64,000 nucleotides of DNA, from contig JABCTZ010000003.1 of the NCBI GenBank assembly GCA_018238155.1, forward strand, positions 164,289-228,288, given 5' to 3'. Each line of letters opens with the position of its first letter. The first letter of the stretch is position 1. This DNA comes from Candidatus Heimdallarchaeota archaeon (GTDB lineage Archaea > Asgardarchaeota > Heimdallarchaeia > JABLTI01). Of the stretch, positions 9,551 to 20,983 are shown piece after piece. The notes under the pieces are model-generated. The model worked only from the letters and a program-made list of their open reading frames with translations. It ran no database searches and was not told the origin of the DNA. Made by a program: the position numbers and the translations under genes.

Positions 9551-11131
9551 GTGAGGATGTTACAAGTGGTTGATGAACAAGTTCTGTGGACAGAATCATT
9601 TCGCCCAACAAATCTAGGACAAGTTATCGGTAATGAGGATGCTGTAATTGCACTCAAAGATTGGTTTGATTCATGGTCACCAACTGCGAAAAAGAAAGTT
9701 GCCATTTTACATGGACCCGCCGGAACAGGAAAAACAAGTAGTGTTATAGCACTTGCAAATGAACGGCAATATGAATTAGTTGAAATGAATGCAAGTGATT
9801 CGAGAAATAAAGCTGCTATAATGAGGTTAGCGGGAAGTTCAGCAAGAGAAGGCACTATTGTAGGTGGTGCAAAAGGTAAAAGAATATTACTGATAGATGA
9901 AGTAGACGGAATTGCTGGCAGGGAAGATCGCGGGGGTGTAAAATCATTAATTGATGTTATACGTGAAGCAGCAGTACCGATTATTTGTACTGCAAACGAA
10001 GCCTATTCTCCGAAATTAAAAGCTTTAAGGAAGATTGCAAAAGTAATAGCTTACAAACCTGTTCATCATGAATATATTTTCAAAATTTTAAAGAAAATCG
10101 CACGAGTAGAAAAAATAACCATTTCAGAAGATAACCTTCAATTTTTGGCAGAGAACGCAGGAGGAGATATGCGAAGTGCAATCAACGATTTTCAAGGAAT
10201 GGTTCTTCAACTGAAAAGTGGCAAGGTAACCGATTTCGAGTTACTAAAACCTTATAGAGATCAAACAAAAAATTTGCAATCTGCGTTAACGGAATTATTT
10301 AATGCAAAAGATTATTTGAAAGGAAAGAAAGCAATTGATGGCTTAAAAATAAAATACGACGAGTTGCTTCTATGGATTTTTGAGAATGCATATATTCATA
10401 CAAGTGAAGAAAATTTAGCTGAAGTATATGAAACGCTAGCTGATGCAGATCTGTATCTAGGAAGGATTATGCGTAGACAAAGCTGGGGCTTGTTGAAATA
10501 TTTCTTTGATTTAGTTTCTGGTGGAGTAGCAGTAGCTGTTGATAAACCCAAAATGTCCACACAACATATTTTCCCGCAAAAAATAGGCATGTATGCTCAA
10601 ACAATGTTTACTCGAGCAATTACTAAATCTATAGCATCGAACCTAGCGTCTAAAATACATGTTTCTCGAAGTGCTGCAAGAACTGGTTCAATGTACTTGG
10701 TTCAACAAGTTTTGAATGGCAATATTGGTGATGCAGCAAAAATGGTTGATTGGTTGGAATTAGATGACAATCAAGTAAAATCTATGCTGAAAAAACCCGA
10801 GTCACTTAGAAAAATACGAAAAGTTGTTAATGCTTTTGAAGATGACCGAATGAAAATTCAAACTATAATGGGTGATTTGAAACATTCGAGTTTCGATAGA
10901 CAAGGTGATGATTGGACTTCAATTCTAAAAGATTATGAAATAAAGAAAGAACAAAAATTAGAAGAGGAGAAGAGACGAAAAGAAGAAGAAAAGAAGAGAA
11001 AAGCTGCTAAAGCAAAAAAGAAAGCAGAAGCAAAAGCAAAGAAAGAACAAGATAAAACAAATCAAGTGAAAGAAGAGCCAAAAAAGAAGGAAAAGAAAAA
11101 ACAAACTTCACTTGATCAATACTTTTCTTAA
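9551..11131 (+). CDS. rfcL: Replication factor C large subunit
   Basis: WTESFRP, GPAGTGKT, EMNASD.R, IDEVDG, GDMRSAIND, charged tail, PIP box QTSLDQYF. Confidence 0.95.
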   Translation: MRMLQVVDEQVLWTESFRPTNLGQVIGNEDAVIALKDWFDSWSPTAKKKVAILHGPAGTGKTSSVIALANERQYELVEMNASDSRNKAAIMRLAGSSAREGTIVGGAKGKRILLIDEVDGIAGREDRGGVKSLIDVIREAAVPIICTANEAYSPKLKALRKIAKVIAYKPVHHEYIFKILKKIARVEKITISEDNLQFLAENAGGDMRSAINDFQGMVLQLKSGKVTDFELLKPYRDQTKNLQSALTELFNAKDYLKGKKAIDGLKIKYDELLLWIFENAYIHTSEENLAEVYETLADADLYLGRIMRRQSWGLLKYFFDLVSGGVAVAVDKPKMSTQHIFPQKIGMYAQTMFTRAITKSIASNLASKIHVSRSAARTGSMYLVQQVLNGNIGDAAKMVDWLELDDNQVKSMLKKPESLRKIRKVVNAFEDDRMKIQTIMGDLKHSSFDRQGDDWTSILKDYEIKKEQKLEEEKRRKEEEKKRKAAKAKKKAEAKAKKEQDKTNQVKEEPKKKEKKKQTSLDQYFS

Positions 11132-11252
11132 AAAATGAGTTAAATATTTCAAGCATCAATTATCTTGTGAAATTAGAATTTATTAGATGAGCAAGAAATA
11201 GCATTTAGCTATTTTAAAAGAAAACCTGTACTAGCATCTATAGTAGATCTAA

Positions 11253-13091
11253 TTGCTAGGGATTGATATTAGCTTGAATTTAGGTTCTGGAAAAAAAACT
11301 TCATCGGATTCCATATTTTGGCAAAGAATGAATGAAATATTCCCATATCCAGCATATCGAAAAGAGCAATTTTCAATTATATCAGCAATTCAAAATGAAT
11401 CTAACAAGACATTGCTTATTGATGCAGAAACAGGGAGTGGAAAAACTGCTGCTGTTCTCTCTGCGGTATTGAGCAGAAAACAACCAGGAGAACGAATAGT
11501 AATTTTTACTAAAATGCTTAGTCAAATGGATGCCTGGTTTAGAGAATTAGGAAAGATTAACGATTTTAACAAAAAAATTGGTAATCCGATATATACAATA
11601 GTTCCACTTATCGGGAAAAGCCATGTCTGTTCATTGGTAACTCGAGAGACAAAAAAACAATTCGCTCAACTGGGGTGTGCCTTATTTGAATGCCCATATA
11701 ATAAAGCGTTTCATATTATAAAGGCACAAGAAAGTTCAGAATTGTTCTCAGCAAGAATTGCTAGAGAACTTGGTGAACATATCAAAATTGGTGTTGGATT
11801 ATCTGAAGTACTGTGGACCTTGGAGAACAAAATAGAAAATTTCGGTTGTTCATATCTTGCACTTAAATGTGCATTAAATCAAGCTGATATAGTTATTACA
11901 ACATATCCTTTTCTTTTAGAACCTGGATTACAAGAAATGTTATTTGAGAATATGTCACTAGATCTTAGAAATGCAACACTAATCGTGGATGAAGCACATA
12001 ATTTAGCAAAAGGTGCAGTGGGAAGTTTAACATATCGAATGGTTGAACGTGCGATTGCTGAAATAGGACAAAATGAGATTTTAGATCAATTGTTGGATCT
12101 AAGAATGGAAGAGGGGTTACATACACTTAGTTTAGATGAAAATCTAGTGAAGGATCTAGAAAATAGAGGTAGACAATACCTCCTTTGGAGATTTGATAAT
12201 GGGCACCGAGAAATAAGCTATACATTGAAGGTAAGTGAATTTCTGAGAAGAGTAAATTATTGCTATTTAACCGCAGAAAAGAGATTCACACTTTTCTTGA
12301 AAGACCCAAGAACAATTCTCAATTCAGTAAAACCTTCAAAACAGATAATACTTATGTCAGGCACTTTTCGCCCCTTGAATCATTTCGCAGATTTTCTTGG
12401 GGTAGCAAATGCCCATAAAGTTTCTGTACTCTCAGAAAAATTAAACTGTAATAGATTAATTTTAACAACAAGTGATTCTGAGTTAACGATGAAATATAAC
12501 AAAAGATCAAAAGAGCTTTTTATCAAATATGGTGAAACCATAAAACAGCTTGCAGAAAAAATTCCCGGACATTCACTAGTCTTTACTCCAAATTATGAAG
12601 TTTCAACCATTATTTCAACTTTAGTCGACACAGAATATTTTGAGAGACCTAATCAAGATGTTTCTAAATTGATTTCAGCAGTTACTTCAAGCAAAAAGAA
12701 AGTCATTCTTGTTGCTCCTGCAAGAGGAAAAGTATCTGAAGGTGTTGAATTTGTGAAAAATGATCGCTCTCTTATCTCCGCAGTTATAATTGCTGGGTTA
12801 CCCTATCCTCCTCCTTCAAGATCTTTAAAAGAAATTACTAAAGAATATAGCAAATTTTGGGGTGAAGAGAAAGCAACACATTATATGAATTATCTCCAAG
12901 CTGCAGTAACAATGAGACAATGTTTGGGGAGAATGTTGCGCTCAGAAAATGATATTGGCGCATGGATAATTCTTGATAATAGAGTTAATAATATGAATAT
13001 CTTCCCAAGATCGATTGAATGTAAAAATACCGCTAGAATGTTGGAAAGATTGATTTTCTTTTTCAGCCAACATGAAATGATTTGCAAGTAA
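11253..13091 (+). CDS. XPD/Rad3/DinG-family Fe-S DNA helicase
   Basis: Q motif YRKEQ, AETGSGKT, Cys cluster (GK..C...C....CP...C.Y), VDEAHN, MSGT, SEGVEF, GLPYP, Q..GR..R. Confidence 0.9.
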   Translation: MLGIDISLNLGSGKKTSSDSIFWQRMNEIFPYPAYRKEQFSIISAIQNESNKTLLIDAETGSGKTAAVLSAVLSRKQPGERIVIFTKMLSQMDAWFRELGKINDFNKKIGNPIYTIVPLIGKSHVCSLVTRETKKQFAQLGCALFECPYNKAFHIIKAQESSELFSARIARELGEHIKIGVGLSEVLWTLENKIENFGCSYLALKCALNQADIVITTYPFLLEPGLQEMLFENMSLDLRNATLIVDEAHNLAKGAVGSLTYRMVERAIAEIGQNEILDQLLDLRMEEGLHTLSLDENLVKDLENRGRQYLLWRFDNGHREISYTLKVSEFLRRVNYCYLTAEKRFTLFLKDPRTILNSVKPSKQIILMSGTFRPLNHFADFLGVANAHKVSVLSEKLNCNRLILTTSDSELTMKYNKRSKELFIKYGETIKQLAEKIPGHSLVFTPNYEVSTIISTLVDTEYFERPNQDVSKLISAVTSSKKKVILVAPARGKVSEGVEFVKNDRSLISAVIIAGLPYPPPSRSLKEITKEYSKFWGEEKATHYMNYLQAAVTMRQCLGRMLRSENDIGAWIILDNRVNNMNIFPRSIECKNTARMLERLIFFFSQHEMICK

Positions 13092-13181
13092 AAATTGATT
13101 TTTCTTATCATTTAGCTCTTTTAAAGCAAAATTTTACCAGAGATGTTTGAGAATGAAATAGAATCATCAGAGGTTGAAAAA

Positions 13182-16100
13182 ATGAAAAAGAAAGCACTGA
13201 TCTTAATTGCACTTTATATATTAACGATTGCAATATCTGCGAACAATACAATTGGAAATTCTTTTCCAAAAGAATATCAAATTGTCTATGATAATCAAGA
13301 TTTGGAAAATGGTTTTATTAGCTTTGAAGTTCAAGAAGAAGCACAAAATATCCCAATTAATAATGATATATCTCCTTCAGATTTGACTTCTCCATCATAT
13401 ACAAGCTTAGCTCTTTCAGAGAGTGATCCAATAGGAGAAGGAACAAATGTATCATTACAAAGCATTACGACATCTAGTGGATATGGAGTTTCCTCCGGTG
13501 AAGTTGATTTTCTAGATTTTAAACTCTACAAAGTAGAAAATGACACAACCTCTGACATAATCTACTCAAATAAATTAGCCGTAAAAATTAACATCCCTGA
13601 AGATATGACAATATTTGGTTTTATTATTGATGTAACGCCTACCATTAGAGAAGATGTCAATTTCTATATTAGGAACAGTCTTTCGGGTGCTAACTTAAAA
13701 ACAGGTCTTATCTCTGAAAGTATAGGTGATAGTGCCCATACTGATCAACAATTATTGCACGTTCCTTTCAGCTATTCTGGAACAAGTGGTTCCTTATCCT
13801 TAGTCGCCGATACTGATTATTATATTATACTGGAACCAACAATTTCAAACTCTTCTTCATTTTTTAAAATCACTCAATCTGATGATACTCCTGACAACAT
13901 GGGTGTATTTACTTGGACAGGAAGTGCTTATGAAGAGATAAATTCGGATATTCATTTCTATTTCATAACCCAACAAAATCAACTCACAGTAAACGAACCT
14001 GTGAATGGAAGTGGAGAAGCAACTACAACTTGGGTACCAATTACAACAGGTGATTACTCAATAGTTGCTTGGTATGGAGGATCAATATTTTATAAAGAGA
14101 GTTTTGGGTCAATCTATAGACGTGTCATTCCTTCACTGGAGATATTCCATGTAACAGTAAATTCTGCTTCTGCAGCCTATCAAGATGAAGTAAATATTCA
14201 AGCATCTGTTCTAACTGAATCCTTCTCTCCTGCTCTTGGAACTACAGTTCAATTTTCATATTCTGAAGATGGATTTTCATGGATATCAATTGGAATTGGC
14301 ATTTGTGATAGTTTAGGTGTAGCAACTATTGATGTTCAACTTGATTTACAAACAGATAATTATTCATTAATGGCCAAAGTAAATGAAGTTTCATATGATG
14401 AAAGCTATTTGCTAATTTCTCCTGAAACAGTTATTTGGTCAAATATTGTACTAGAAGGGTCATATAGAAATAATTTCGGTTATCCATCTGAAGTGAAATT
14501 AACAACAACCATTCTAGTAGAAGATAATGATGGAATCATTATACCAAATATGGATTTTGATTTTTGGTATCTAATCGAAGGTGAATTTGAACGCATACCA
14601 CATGCTTTCACAACAAATGAAAGCGGAATGTTTGATGTGGTTTACTCAATAGATGATCTTACAGTTGGTACATTTTCTAATACTCATTTCTTCTGTCCTG
14701 CAGATTATGAAATAAATTACGAAGGAGATTCAGAATTTGGTGACTCCGTTGTTCACCGTGGTAATTTTAACGTTGAGATCGATGATTATAGTATTGATTG
14801 GTTTGATGATGTAGAGTTTGTTACTCGAGTAGTATCTATTGGTGATGGTATCAGCGATATTTCTGTTGAATTTGCTTACTATGCAAATAACCAATGGAAT
14901 AACATTGGCACTGTAGAAACAAATAGCTCAGGATATGCAATCTATACTTGGAATCAAGTTGATCTACTAATGGGTATCTATCCTTTGAGAGTAAGGACAC
15001 AAGAAACTTCATTTTTCAATTCAAACGAATCTGTATGTAGCTTTGCAGTTGGAAAAAGTGATATTATACTTCTTATCATGAATGATGGAGAAGCAAAAGG
15101 GAATGGAGAAGAAATCGATGTTGAATTTACAACTTCTATGAACCTCGTATTCTACGTAGAATTTTCAGATGGTTCACCTGCACCAAATCTTCTAATTGAA
15201 GTTAAAGGGCGATTATTAGGTGAAGTGTTTTATCAGACACTTGGATTCATCACAACAAATGGTTCTGGGTATGCGACTCTAACGAGTTACGAAGAATTGG
15301 ATTTAGTTGGATACCAATATACATGTATTGCAGAAATAGCTGAAAATGGGCAACACAGTGGCGCACAACTCTACTTCAAAATAAACCTTCAAAAATGCAC
15401 TCCTGTAATCATCTTTACTAATCATCTAGGAGAAAAAGGTGCTTTCGTAGAATTCACCGCACAATTGTTTAACTCTGAAGACTTAGCCCTAGAAAATGTT
15501 GTAGTGCAATTCGTAATCAATGGTATAATCCTTGAAGGAACAACAGATCAAAATGGTTTTACTAGAATTCTTTATGCTCCAATAATCAATGTAGGACAAC
15601 ATACTATCTATTGTCGTAGTGTTGAAGATGATTTCTTTAACGATGTTCAGGTTGAAGCTGAATTAACACTCAATAAAGGAATACCATATCTTTCTGTACT
15701 TGAAGCTCATGGGAAAATTGACGATTACATAACGATCAAGTTAATAGCTGTCGATTCGTTAGGTCGACCGATAGAAGGTCTAGTAATTAGAATTACATTT
15801 GATAGTTGGAGTCAACTCTTAACTACAGATGAATTTGGTTTAATTGATTATACATTTCAAGCTGGTGATATTGAGGTTGGAAGCTATTTGCTCATTCTTT
15901 CGTTTGAAGGCAATAATAATTGGGTGGATATTGTAGAAACTGAGTCATTAATTATTACAGCATCTAATTCGATCATTGAATTACAGCAAGAGGCAATCAT
16001 CAAATCCTTTGGTGAAGAATTGGTACTGGAAGCTATTCTTCTATCTGAATTAGGCAATCCAATAAATGGGCGATTAATAGAGATTGTAATTTTCTTTGAT

Positions 16101-18257
16101 AATGGAACATATCTTGTTTTAGGGCAAGATATTACAGATATTAATGGTTATGCGCAATTTACAATTGTAATTCAAATAACACCTGATACTTATGAAATCG
16201 GTGTGCGCTATTCCGGGGATCTTGAATTTGGTCCGTCTTCTGACAGCACAAATCTTGTAGTGCAACAAGCAACAGCTATCTTAATTGGCGATAATTTCGA
16301 AGGAATTCAGGGTTCAACTGTATCCTTTCGTGTTACCTTGGTGGATCAATTTGGTGTTTTAATTTCCAATCAAATAATCGAGCTTTATTATTGGGAGGAT
16401 GATTCATGGACATATATCGGTGCCTTCATCACATCTTCATTTGGTGTTGCTGAGCTCTCAATGCATGGACCATCTTCTCTTGGTGTGCATTACCTAAGAG
16501 TAAATTATAATGGCAACAACAATTACACTTCAGTTTATCTGCCCATAGAGATGACTATTGTAGAACCTCCTCCAAAAATCGTTCCAGCAATAACTTTAGT
16601 TGTAAATAAGCCAATAATTGCTGACCACGAAATAGGTCAAATAACTATCTCTGTTTCAAATGCACTTTCAGGTGCATCCATTGAAGCTTTTGTGTATGTT
16701 AATAATGTGTTATTTGAGGTTGTTACAATTGTCAATGGTTTAACAATTTACTATTGGAATTCTTCTGTCACAGGCACGTTTACAATAAAATTTGTTACAT
16801 TGGCTGATTCAGTATATGAAATAGCAGTCAAGTCAATCGCAATTGAAGTGGAAACAAATTTATCTCCTGAATTAGTTAGCTGTTCTTTCATAGAATACTT
16901 GTGTGAGGGAGATCTATTCTTTTTTGATGCACTATTAACTGATTCATCAGGAATGAAATCTGTTTGGTGTATTTTAAATGGAACAAAATATGAAATGAGT
17001 TTTGTAAATGGAAAATATGAAGTTACGATCTTCTTGTTACAGAAGGGACATTACATTATTAGTATTCAAGCAGAGGATAAGCAAGGAAATATTGCAAATT
17101 ACTTACTTAAAAAAGTATTAACAGTTCATGACAGAAAAACACAACTGGTTGATTTTAATTTAAAGTCAAATATAGTTGAAGAGGGTAAAAAATTCACTTT
17201 CGCTGTTTTTATCTATTCAGAGAATTCTATCAATGAAATCATTTTGATGATGAATTCAACAGAATATTCAATGTCTTTCAATTACCAAACAAGTCAACAT
17301 AGAAGTGTTTGGAAAATAACCATAAACTCTCTGAAAGTAGGAATATATGAAATTCGAATTAAAATCAACGAAGAATCAAAAGATTCTTTCATATTCAATG
17401 TTGAAGAAGAAATCTTGGTTATTCCTAAAACACCACTGCTAACCAAATACGAATCTTCAATAATAGATGACGGAATAGGCGATTATATCTCTGGGAACGT
17501 CACAATTAAATCCTATTATGAACTAAGTTCAGTGCAAATTTGGATAGATGATCAACTGATTACAGTGATTAAAATTGGTGAAGGGATATACTCATTTTAC
17601 GGTACTGTTTCTACAGCAAAAAATCATCTATTAACAATTAGAGCAGTTGATATTAATGAAAGAGTTTTGAATGTTCAAATAGAACTCAAACAAGAACCCG
17701 AAGCAAATATAATAATGATTTCATTATTGATATCCGGCGTATTACTAATGTTTCTATTAAGTGGTGGGGTATTTGTTGCTTCAAAGTATTTGAAGAAAAA
17801 TCCCACAAATAGCATTGATTCACAAATCGAACTACCTGAAATTGAAGAAACAATCTCTTCCCCTGGAAATCCCTCAGATGAAGAACCAAATGATGAATTT
17901 ATTGACTCAGATAATTTAGCTGTAGTTTCAACTTGCCCTATAACAGTTGAGACAGAAGAATCTAGTGAAATGGAAGAACAACATGATGATGATCTAAAAC
18001 AGGTCAAAGAGTATTTACAAAAAGTAAAAGAAGATGGTCTAATCGAATATGTAAATGGTTCTAAAGATAATGGCAATGAGGAACATGCCTCACTCGATCA
18101 ATTAACCACATTTTCTATTGAAATTGATCAAAGAGTATTACCAAAGAATCTCCTAACTGCCAAAATGATTACAGAGTCAGAAGAAGAGCTTTCACAATCT
18201 ACTGTCTTTAATTTAAAAGAAATTGCCGATGAAATTGAACAAATATTTAGTGAATAA
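13182..18257 (+). CDS. Large cell-surface protein with Ig-like beta-sandwich repeats, C-terminal TM helix and acidic cytoplasmic tail
   Basis: MKKK plus hydrophobic signal; recurrent T(D/N)xxGxA and YxG(D/N)xxY motifs; TM near aa 1525; ORF open from 13143. Confidence 0.8.
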   Translation: MKKKALILIALYILTIAISANNTIGNSFPKEYQIVYDNQDLENGFISFEVQEEAQNIPINNDISPSDLTSPSYTSLALSESDPIGEGTNVSLQSITTSSGYGVSSGEVDFLDFKLYKVENDTTSDIIYSNKLAVKINIPEDMTIFGFIIDVTPTIREDVNFYIRNSLSGANLKTGLISESIGDSAHTDQQLLHVPFSYSGTSGSLSLVADTDYYIILEPTISNSSSFFKITQSDDTPDNMGVFTWTGSAYEEINSDIHFYFITQQNQLTVNEPVNGSGEATTTWVPITTGDYSIVAWYGGSIFYKESFGSIYRRVIPSLEIFHVTVNSASAAYQDEVNIQASVLTESFSPALGTTVQFSYSEDGFSWISIGIGICDSLGVATIDVQLDLQTDNYSLMAKVNEVSYDESYLLISPETVIWSNIVLEGSYRNNFGYPSEVKLTTTILVEDNDGIIIPNMDFDFWYLIEGEFERIPHAFTTNESGMFDVVYSIDDLTVGTFSNTHFFCPADYEINYEGDSEFGDSVVHRGNFNVEIDDYSIDWFDDVEFVTRVVSIGDGISDISVEFAYYANNQWNNIGTVETNSSGYAIYTWNQVDLLMGIYPLRVRTQETSFFNSNESVCSFAVGKSDIILLIMNDGEAKGNGEEIDVEFTTSMNLVFYVEFSDGSPAPNLLIEVKGRLLGEVFYQTLGFITTNGSGYATLTSYEELDLVGYQYTCIAEIAENGQHSGAQLYFKINLQKCTPVIIFTNHLGEKGAFVEFTAQLFNSEDLALENVVVQFVINGIILEGTTDQNGFTRILYAPIINVGQHTIYCRSVEDDFFNDVQVEAELTLNKGIPYLSVLEAHGKIDDYITIKLIAVDSLGRPIEGLVIRITFDSWSQLLTTDEFGLIDYTFQAGDIEVGSYLLILSFEGNNNWVDIVETESLIITASNSIIELQQEAIIKSFGEELVLEAILLSELGNPINGRLIEIVIFFDNGTYLVLGQDITDINGYAQFTIVIQITPDTYEIGVRYSGDLEFGPSSDSTNLVVQQATAILIGDNFEGIQGSTVSFRVTLVDQFGVLISNQIIELYYWEDDSWTYIGAFITSSFGVAELSMHGPSSLGVHYLRVNYNGNNNYTSVYLPIEMTIVEPPPKIVPAITLVVNKPIIADHEIGQITISVSNALSGASIEAFVYVNNVLFEVVTIVNGLTIYYWNSSVTGTFTIKFVTLADSVYEIAVKSIAIEVETNLSPELVSCSFIEYLCEGDLFFFDALLTDSSGMKSVWCILNGTKYEMSFVNGKYEVTIFLLQKGHYIISIQAEDKQGNIANYLLKKVLTVHDRKTQLVDFNLKSNIVEEGKKFTFAVFIYSENSINEIILMMNSTEYSMSFNYQTSQHRSVWKITINSLKVGIYEIRIKINEESKDSFIFNVEEEILVIPKTPLLTKYESSIIDDGIGDYISGNVTIKSYYELSSVQIWIDDQLITVIKIGEGIYSFYGTVSTAKNHLLTIRAVDINERVLNVQIELKQEPEANIIMISLLISGVLLMFLLSGGVFVASKYLKKNPTNSIDSQIELPEIEETISSPGNPSDEEPNDEFIDSDNLAVVSTCPITVETEESSEMEEQHDDDLKQVKEYLQKVKEDGLIEYVNGSKDNGNEEHASLDQLTTFSIEIDQRVLPKNLLTAKMITESEEELSQSTVFNLKEIADEIEQIFSE

Positions 18258-18338
18258 AGGATTGGAGGGGTAAGAATTCTAAAAAGAAACTCATTAAAGA
18301 ATAAAGATGCTTTCCGCACAGCACTAAAAAATTGGTTA

Positions 18339-19511
18339 GTGACATTTGTAATTCTCCTTTCTTTTAGTAGTTCTTTCTTGAAAATTAATCAAGAATCCAA
18401 TGCCTATATAGATTATTCACTAAATGAGCTAATACAAAGTTCTGTTCAAGAATATACTTTCTTGGACTTGGGAATAACAATAAACCAATTTGATTGGTCT
18501 GAAAAGGGTACATTCCAACTGTTTGTAAACAAATCATTCGATATCAAAAATGACGGTCCAATTGTTTTACTATTGGAATTTTCTACTCAAGGGGACAAAC
18601 CAGATAGTCCTGGTTATAAATTAATAGGCGAATTTAATCAACAATTATTTGAAACATCAATCCCAAGGTGGATGATTGGTAGTTCTGATGATCATGAAGT
18701 AATTAAACAATTAGCTGTTCCTCTTGAAGGAGAAGGAAGATTGTATGGTAACTATTTCGAGCTGACAATTGAAGCCAAAAATGAGTTTGATGCTTTTGCT
18801 GAAGGATCTTTACAAATCCTAGGAAGCTCGAAATTTATGGTCGGTGATGATTTGCTCATTGACGCTTTTGGTCATTTTTCAGCAAAAATGCACACTGACT
18901 TTTTGTTTGGTTCGACTACTTTAGGTGGAATCAGAGCTCACTCATATATTCGAATGACGATAAATAATGAAACACTCCTATCCCATGGACTGTACCACCT
19001 GCAATTTTCATTAGAAATTCATGGAGAAGTTGCTTTTTCTTTATTTTTATTTGATACAAATGAACAATCATTTTCCATGGAAAAAAATCAATCAGACGAC
19101 TTTACTTATGATATTGCCGCAGAAATTTCTCCTGTTTTAGGGATTAATCTCTACACACTTGAAATAGCAATCTATGGCGAAAATCTTTGGAGTTCAACTT
19201 TCAATATTAGTATTTCAAATGTGTATTTAAATGTAGAATATTTTGAAGAAGGTGGGTTTGGATTTGATGATCTTGAGATACATTTCTTCCAATGGCCTCA
19301 ATATCCTGTTATAGGGATAATAATTTTAGCGATTTGGATTTTACCTTATTCTGTTCTTAAATATCGAGCATGGAAGAAGCTTCCTGGAGAAGTAGAAATC
19401 AATTTTCTTGATGACGATGATGCGATAAACATTCTGGACCCAGACGGGATGTCTGTAGAAGATCAAGATGATGACATCGATGAAACATTTGAATTTGATG
19501 AGGATGTGTAG
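18339..19511 (+). CDS. Exported beta-rich protein with C-terminal TM and acidic tail
   Basis: N-terminal hydrophobic stretch, TM VIGIIILAIWILPY, D/E-rich end. Confidence 0.65.
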   Translation: MTFVILLSFSSSFLKINQESNAYIDYSLNELIQSSVQEYTFLDLGITINQFDWSEKGTFQLFVNKSFDIKNDGPIVLLLEFSTQGDKPDSPGYKLIGEFNQQLFETSIPRWMIGSSDDHEVIKQLAVPLEGEGRLYGNYFELTIEAKNEFDAFAEGSLQILGSSKFMVGDDLLIDAFGHFSAKMHTDFLFGSTTLGGIRAHSYIRMTINNETLLSHGLYHLQFSLEIHGEVAFSLFLFDTNEQSFSMEKNQSDDFTYDIAAEISPVLGINLYTLEIAIYGENLWSSTFNISISNVYLNVEYFEEGGFGFDDLEIHFFQWPQYPVIGIIILAIWILPYSVLKYRAWKKLPGEVEINFLDDDDAINILDPDGMSVEDQDDDIDETFEFDEDV

Positions 19512-19513
19512 AA

Positions 19514-20293
19514 ATGACTAATGATTCAACAGTGCTGATAGAACAACAATCACTAACAACAAATAATGAAAATAACTCTTCAGTAAAAAGACTAAAAGAT
19601 AAAATGACAGAAATACTTCCATATTTAAAACCTGATCTAATAAATTCAATAATTTCTTTCATGGTTTTCCTAATTATATTATTAATTTCACAAAAATTAC
19701 TGATATCATTTCTAATCACTATTCTAACCTACTTAACAATTAGCTTGTTCGTTAAACCTGTCATTGTAGAGAAATTTGGTTCAAACCTAAATTTCCCCGG
19801 GTTTTCTAGCTCAAAAACGAAGACTGGAATTATTGATACAACAAGCAAATCAACTATTTTAATTCGTCAAGACAAATTTTTGGTTTGTTTAGCTTTATTG
19901 AAAGTAGAATGGGATTTGAGTTATATACGATTAGTCAATCTTTGGGACTTCTTTCAAGAAGAAGGAATACAAATTCATGATTGTAGAGAAGGTTGTTTCT
20001 TCGTCATTAGAAAAAAAGGTCGTTTCAAAAATAGTAAATCTATTGAAGATGATGCGAAAAAATTAATCAAAGAAATTGAAAGAACAACACTTCTAACTAG
20101 AAAAAAAATCGACTTGGAATATGATAATTTTCATTTACGTTTAGTAAAAGGACAAAAGAACATTTTAATGATTCTAAATTTGGGCTTAGCTCCCAATAAA
20201 TTCAAAATCTATCAAGAAATGTCCGAAGAGGATTTTTCAAGCTTACGATTAGTTTCTTCGGAAGTGCAATCTAAACAAGGACGTGAAGAATAA
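19514..20293 (+). CDS. Hypothetical membrane protein (2 TM plus soluble domain)
   Basis: Hydrophobic hairpin aa ~43-82; 2 bp from upstream stop. Confidence 0.65.
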   Translation: MTNDSTVLIEQQSLTTNNENNSSVKRLKDKMTEILPYLKPDLINSIISFMVFLIILLISQKLLISFLITILTYLTISLFVKPVIVEKFGSNLNFPGFSSSKTKTGIIDTTSKSTILIRQDKFLVCLALLKVEWDLSYIRLVNLWDFFQEEGIQIHDCREGCFFVIRKKGRFKNSKSIEDDAKKLIKEIERTTLLTRKKIDLEYDNFHLRLVKGQKNILMILNLGLAPNKFKIYQEMSEEDFSSLRLVSSEVQSKQGREE

Positions 20294-20299
20294 ATAAAG

Positions 20300-20983
20300 G
20301 TGAAAACTATGGCTTTTGATTCGTTTAGTATCTTAACATTGTACAAAGCAATCGAACTAATACTCATCTTCTGGATATTGGGTTTGTTATTCAAGTGGGT
20401 ACTTGCTTTTGTTTTCGGTGAAAAAGGGGCAAAGATGATTGGGTTCATCGGTTATGCAGTTAACTTTGCTTTAAAGAAATTCATTCTGACAAAAGTTTTC
20501 AGTATTGAAGTTGAAGAGAGTAATCCTTTCAAATTAGCTTTCAAACATGAAGAAACAAAGAGATGGGATATCTTGTTTACATCCCTAGTATTAATACCAA
20601 TGAGTCTTGGGTTAGTATTAGGTGTGTTAGTTGGAACGATCGGTTTAATATTAGAAGAGGAGCTGGTAATTTTATCTATCTTTTTATACATTTTCGGTTT
20701 TCTAATTTCAGTTAATTCTGTACCAACTTTTCAAGATGTAAAAGAGTTAAAAGATTGTTCTGCTCGGTCAATTCTAATCTGGTTTGGAATAGCAACAATT
20801 CTATGTGCAATCATATCTTCTCTTTTATATCCATTCATTGAAGCTTTGGGGATTGTACTTGGAGTTATAACTGGTATCTTGATCACAACTCTCATGACAT
20901 TCTTTATACCTCCATTATCCGAAAAAATGAACTCAGAAGAAAGCGCCTCATTAGTAGGAGGAACAGTTGATTTAGATGGATAA
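20300..20983 (+). CDS. Polytopic membrane protein, possibly degenerate M50-like zincin
   Basis: About 6 TM; SVPTFQD resembles the PSxxD motif; overlaps next gene. Confidence 0.6.
   Translation: MKTMAFDSFSILTLYKAIELILIFWILGLLFKWVLAFVFGEKGAKMIGFIGYAVNFALKKFILTKVFSIEVEESNPFKLAFKHEETKRWDILFTSLVLIPMSLGLVLGVLVGTIGLILEEELVILSIFLYIFGFLISVNSVPTFQDVKELKDCSARSILIWFGIATILCAIISSLLYPFIEALGIVLGVITGILITTLMTFFIPPLSEKMNSEESASLVGGTVDLDG

Noticed and set aside
10940-11100. A/G-rich low-complexity tract
   Set aside because: Encodes the normal K/E-rich linker of RFC-L before its PIP box
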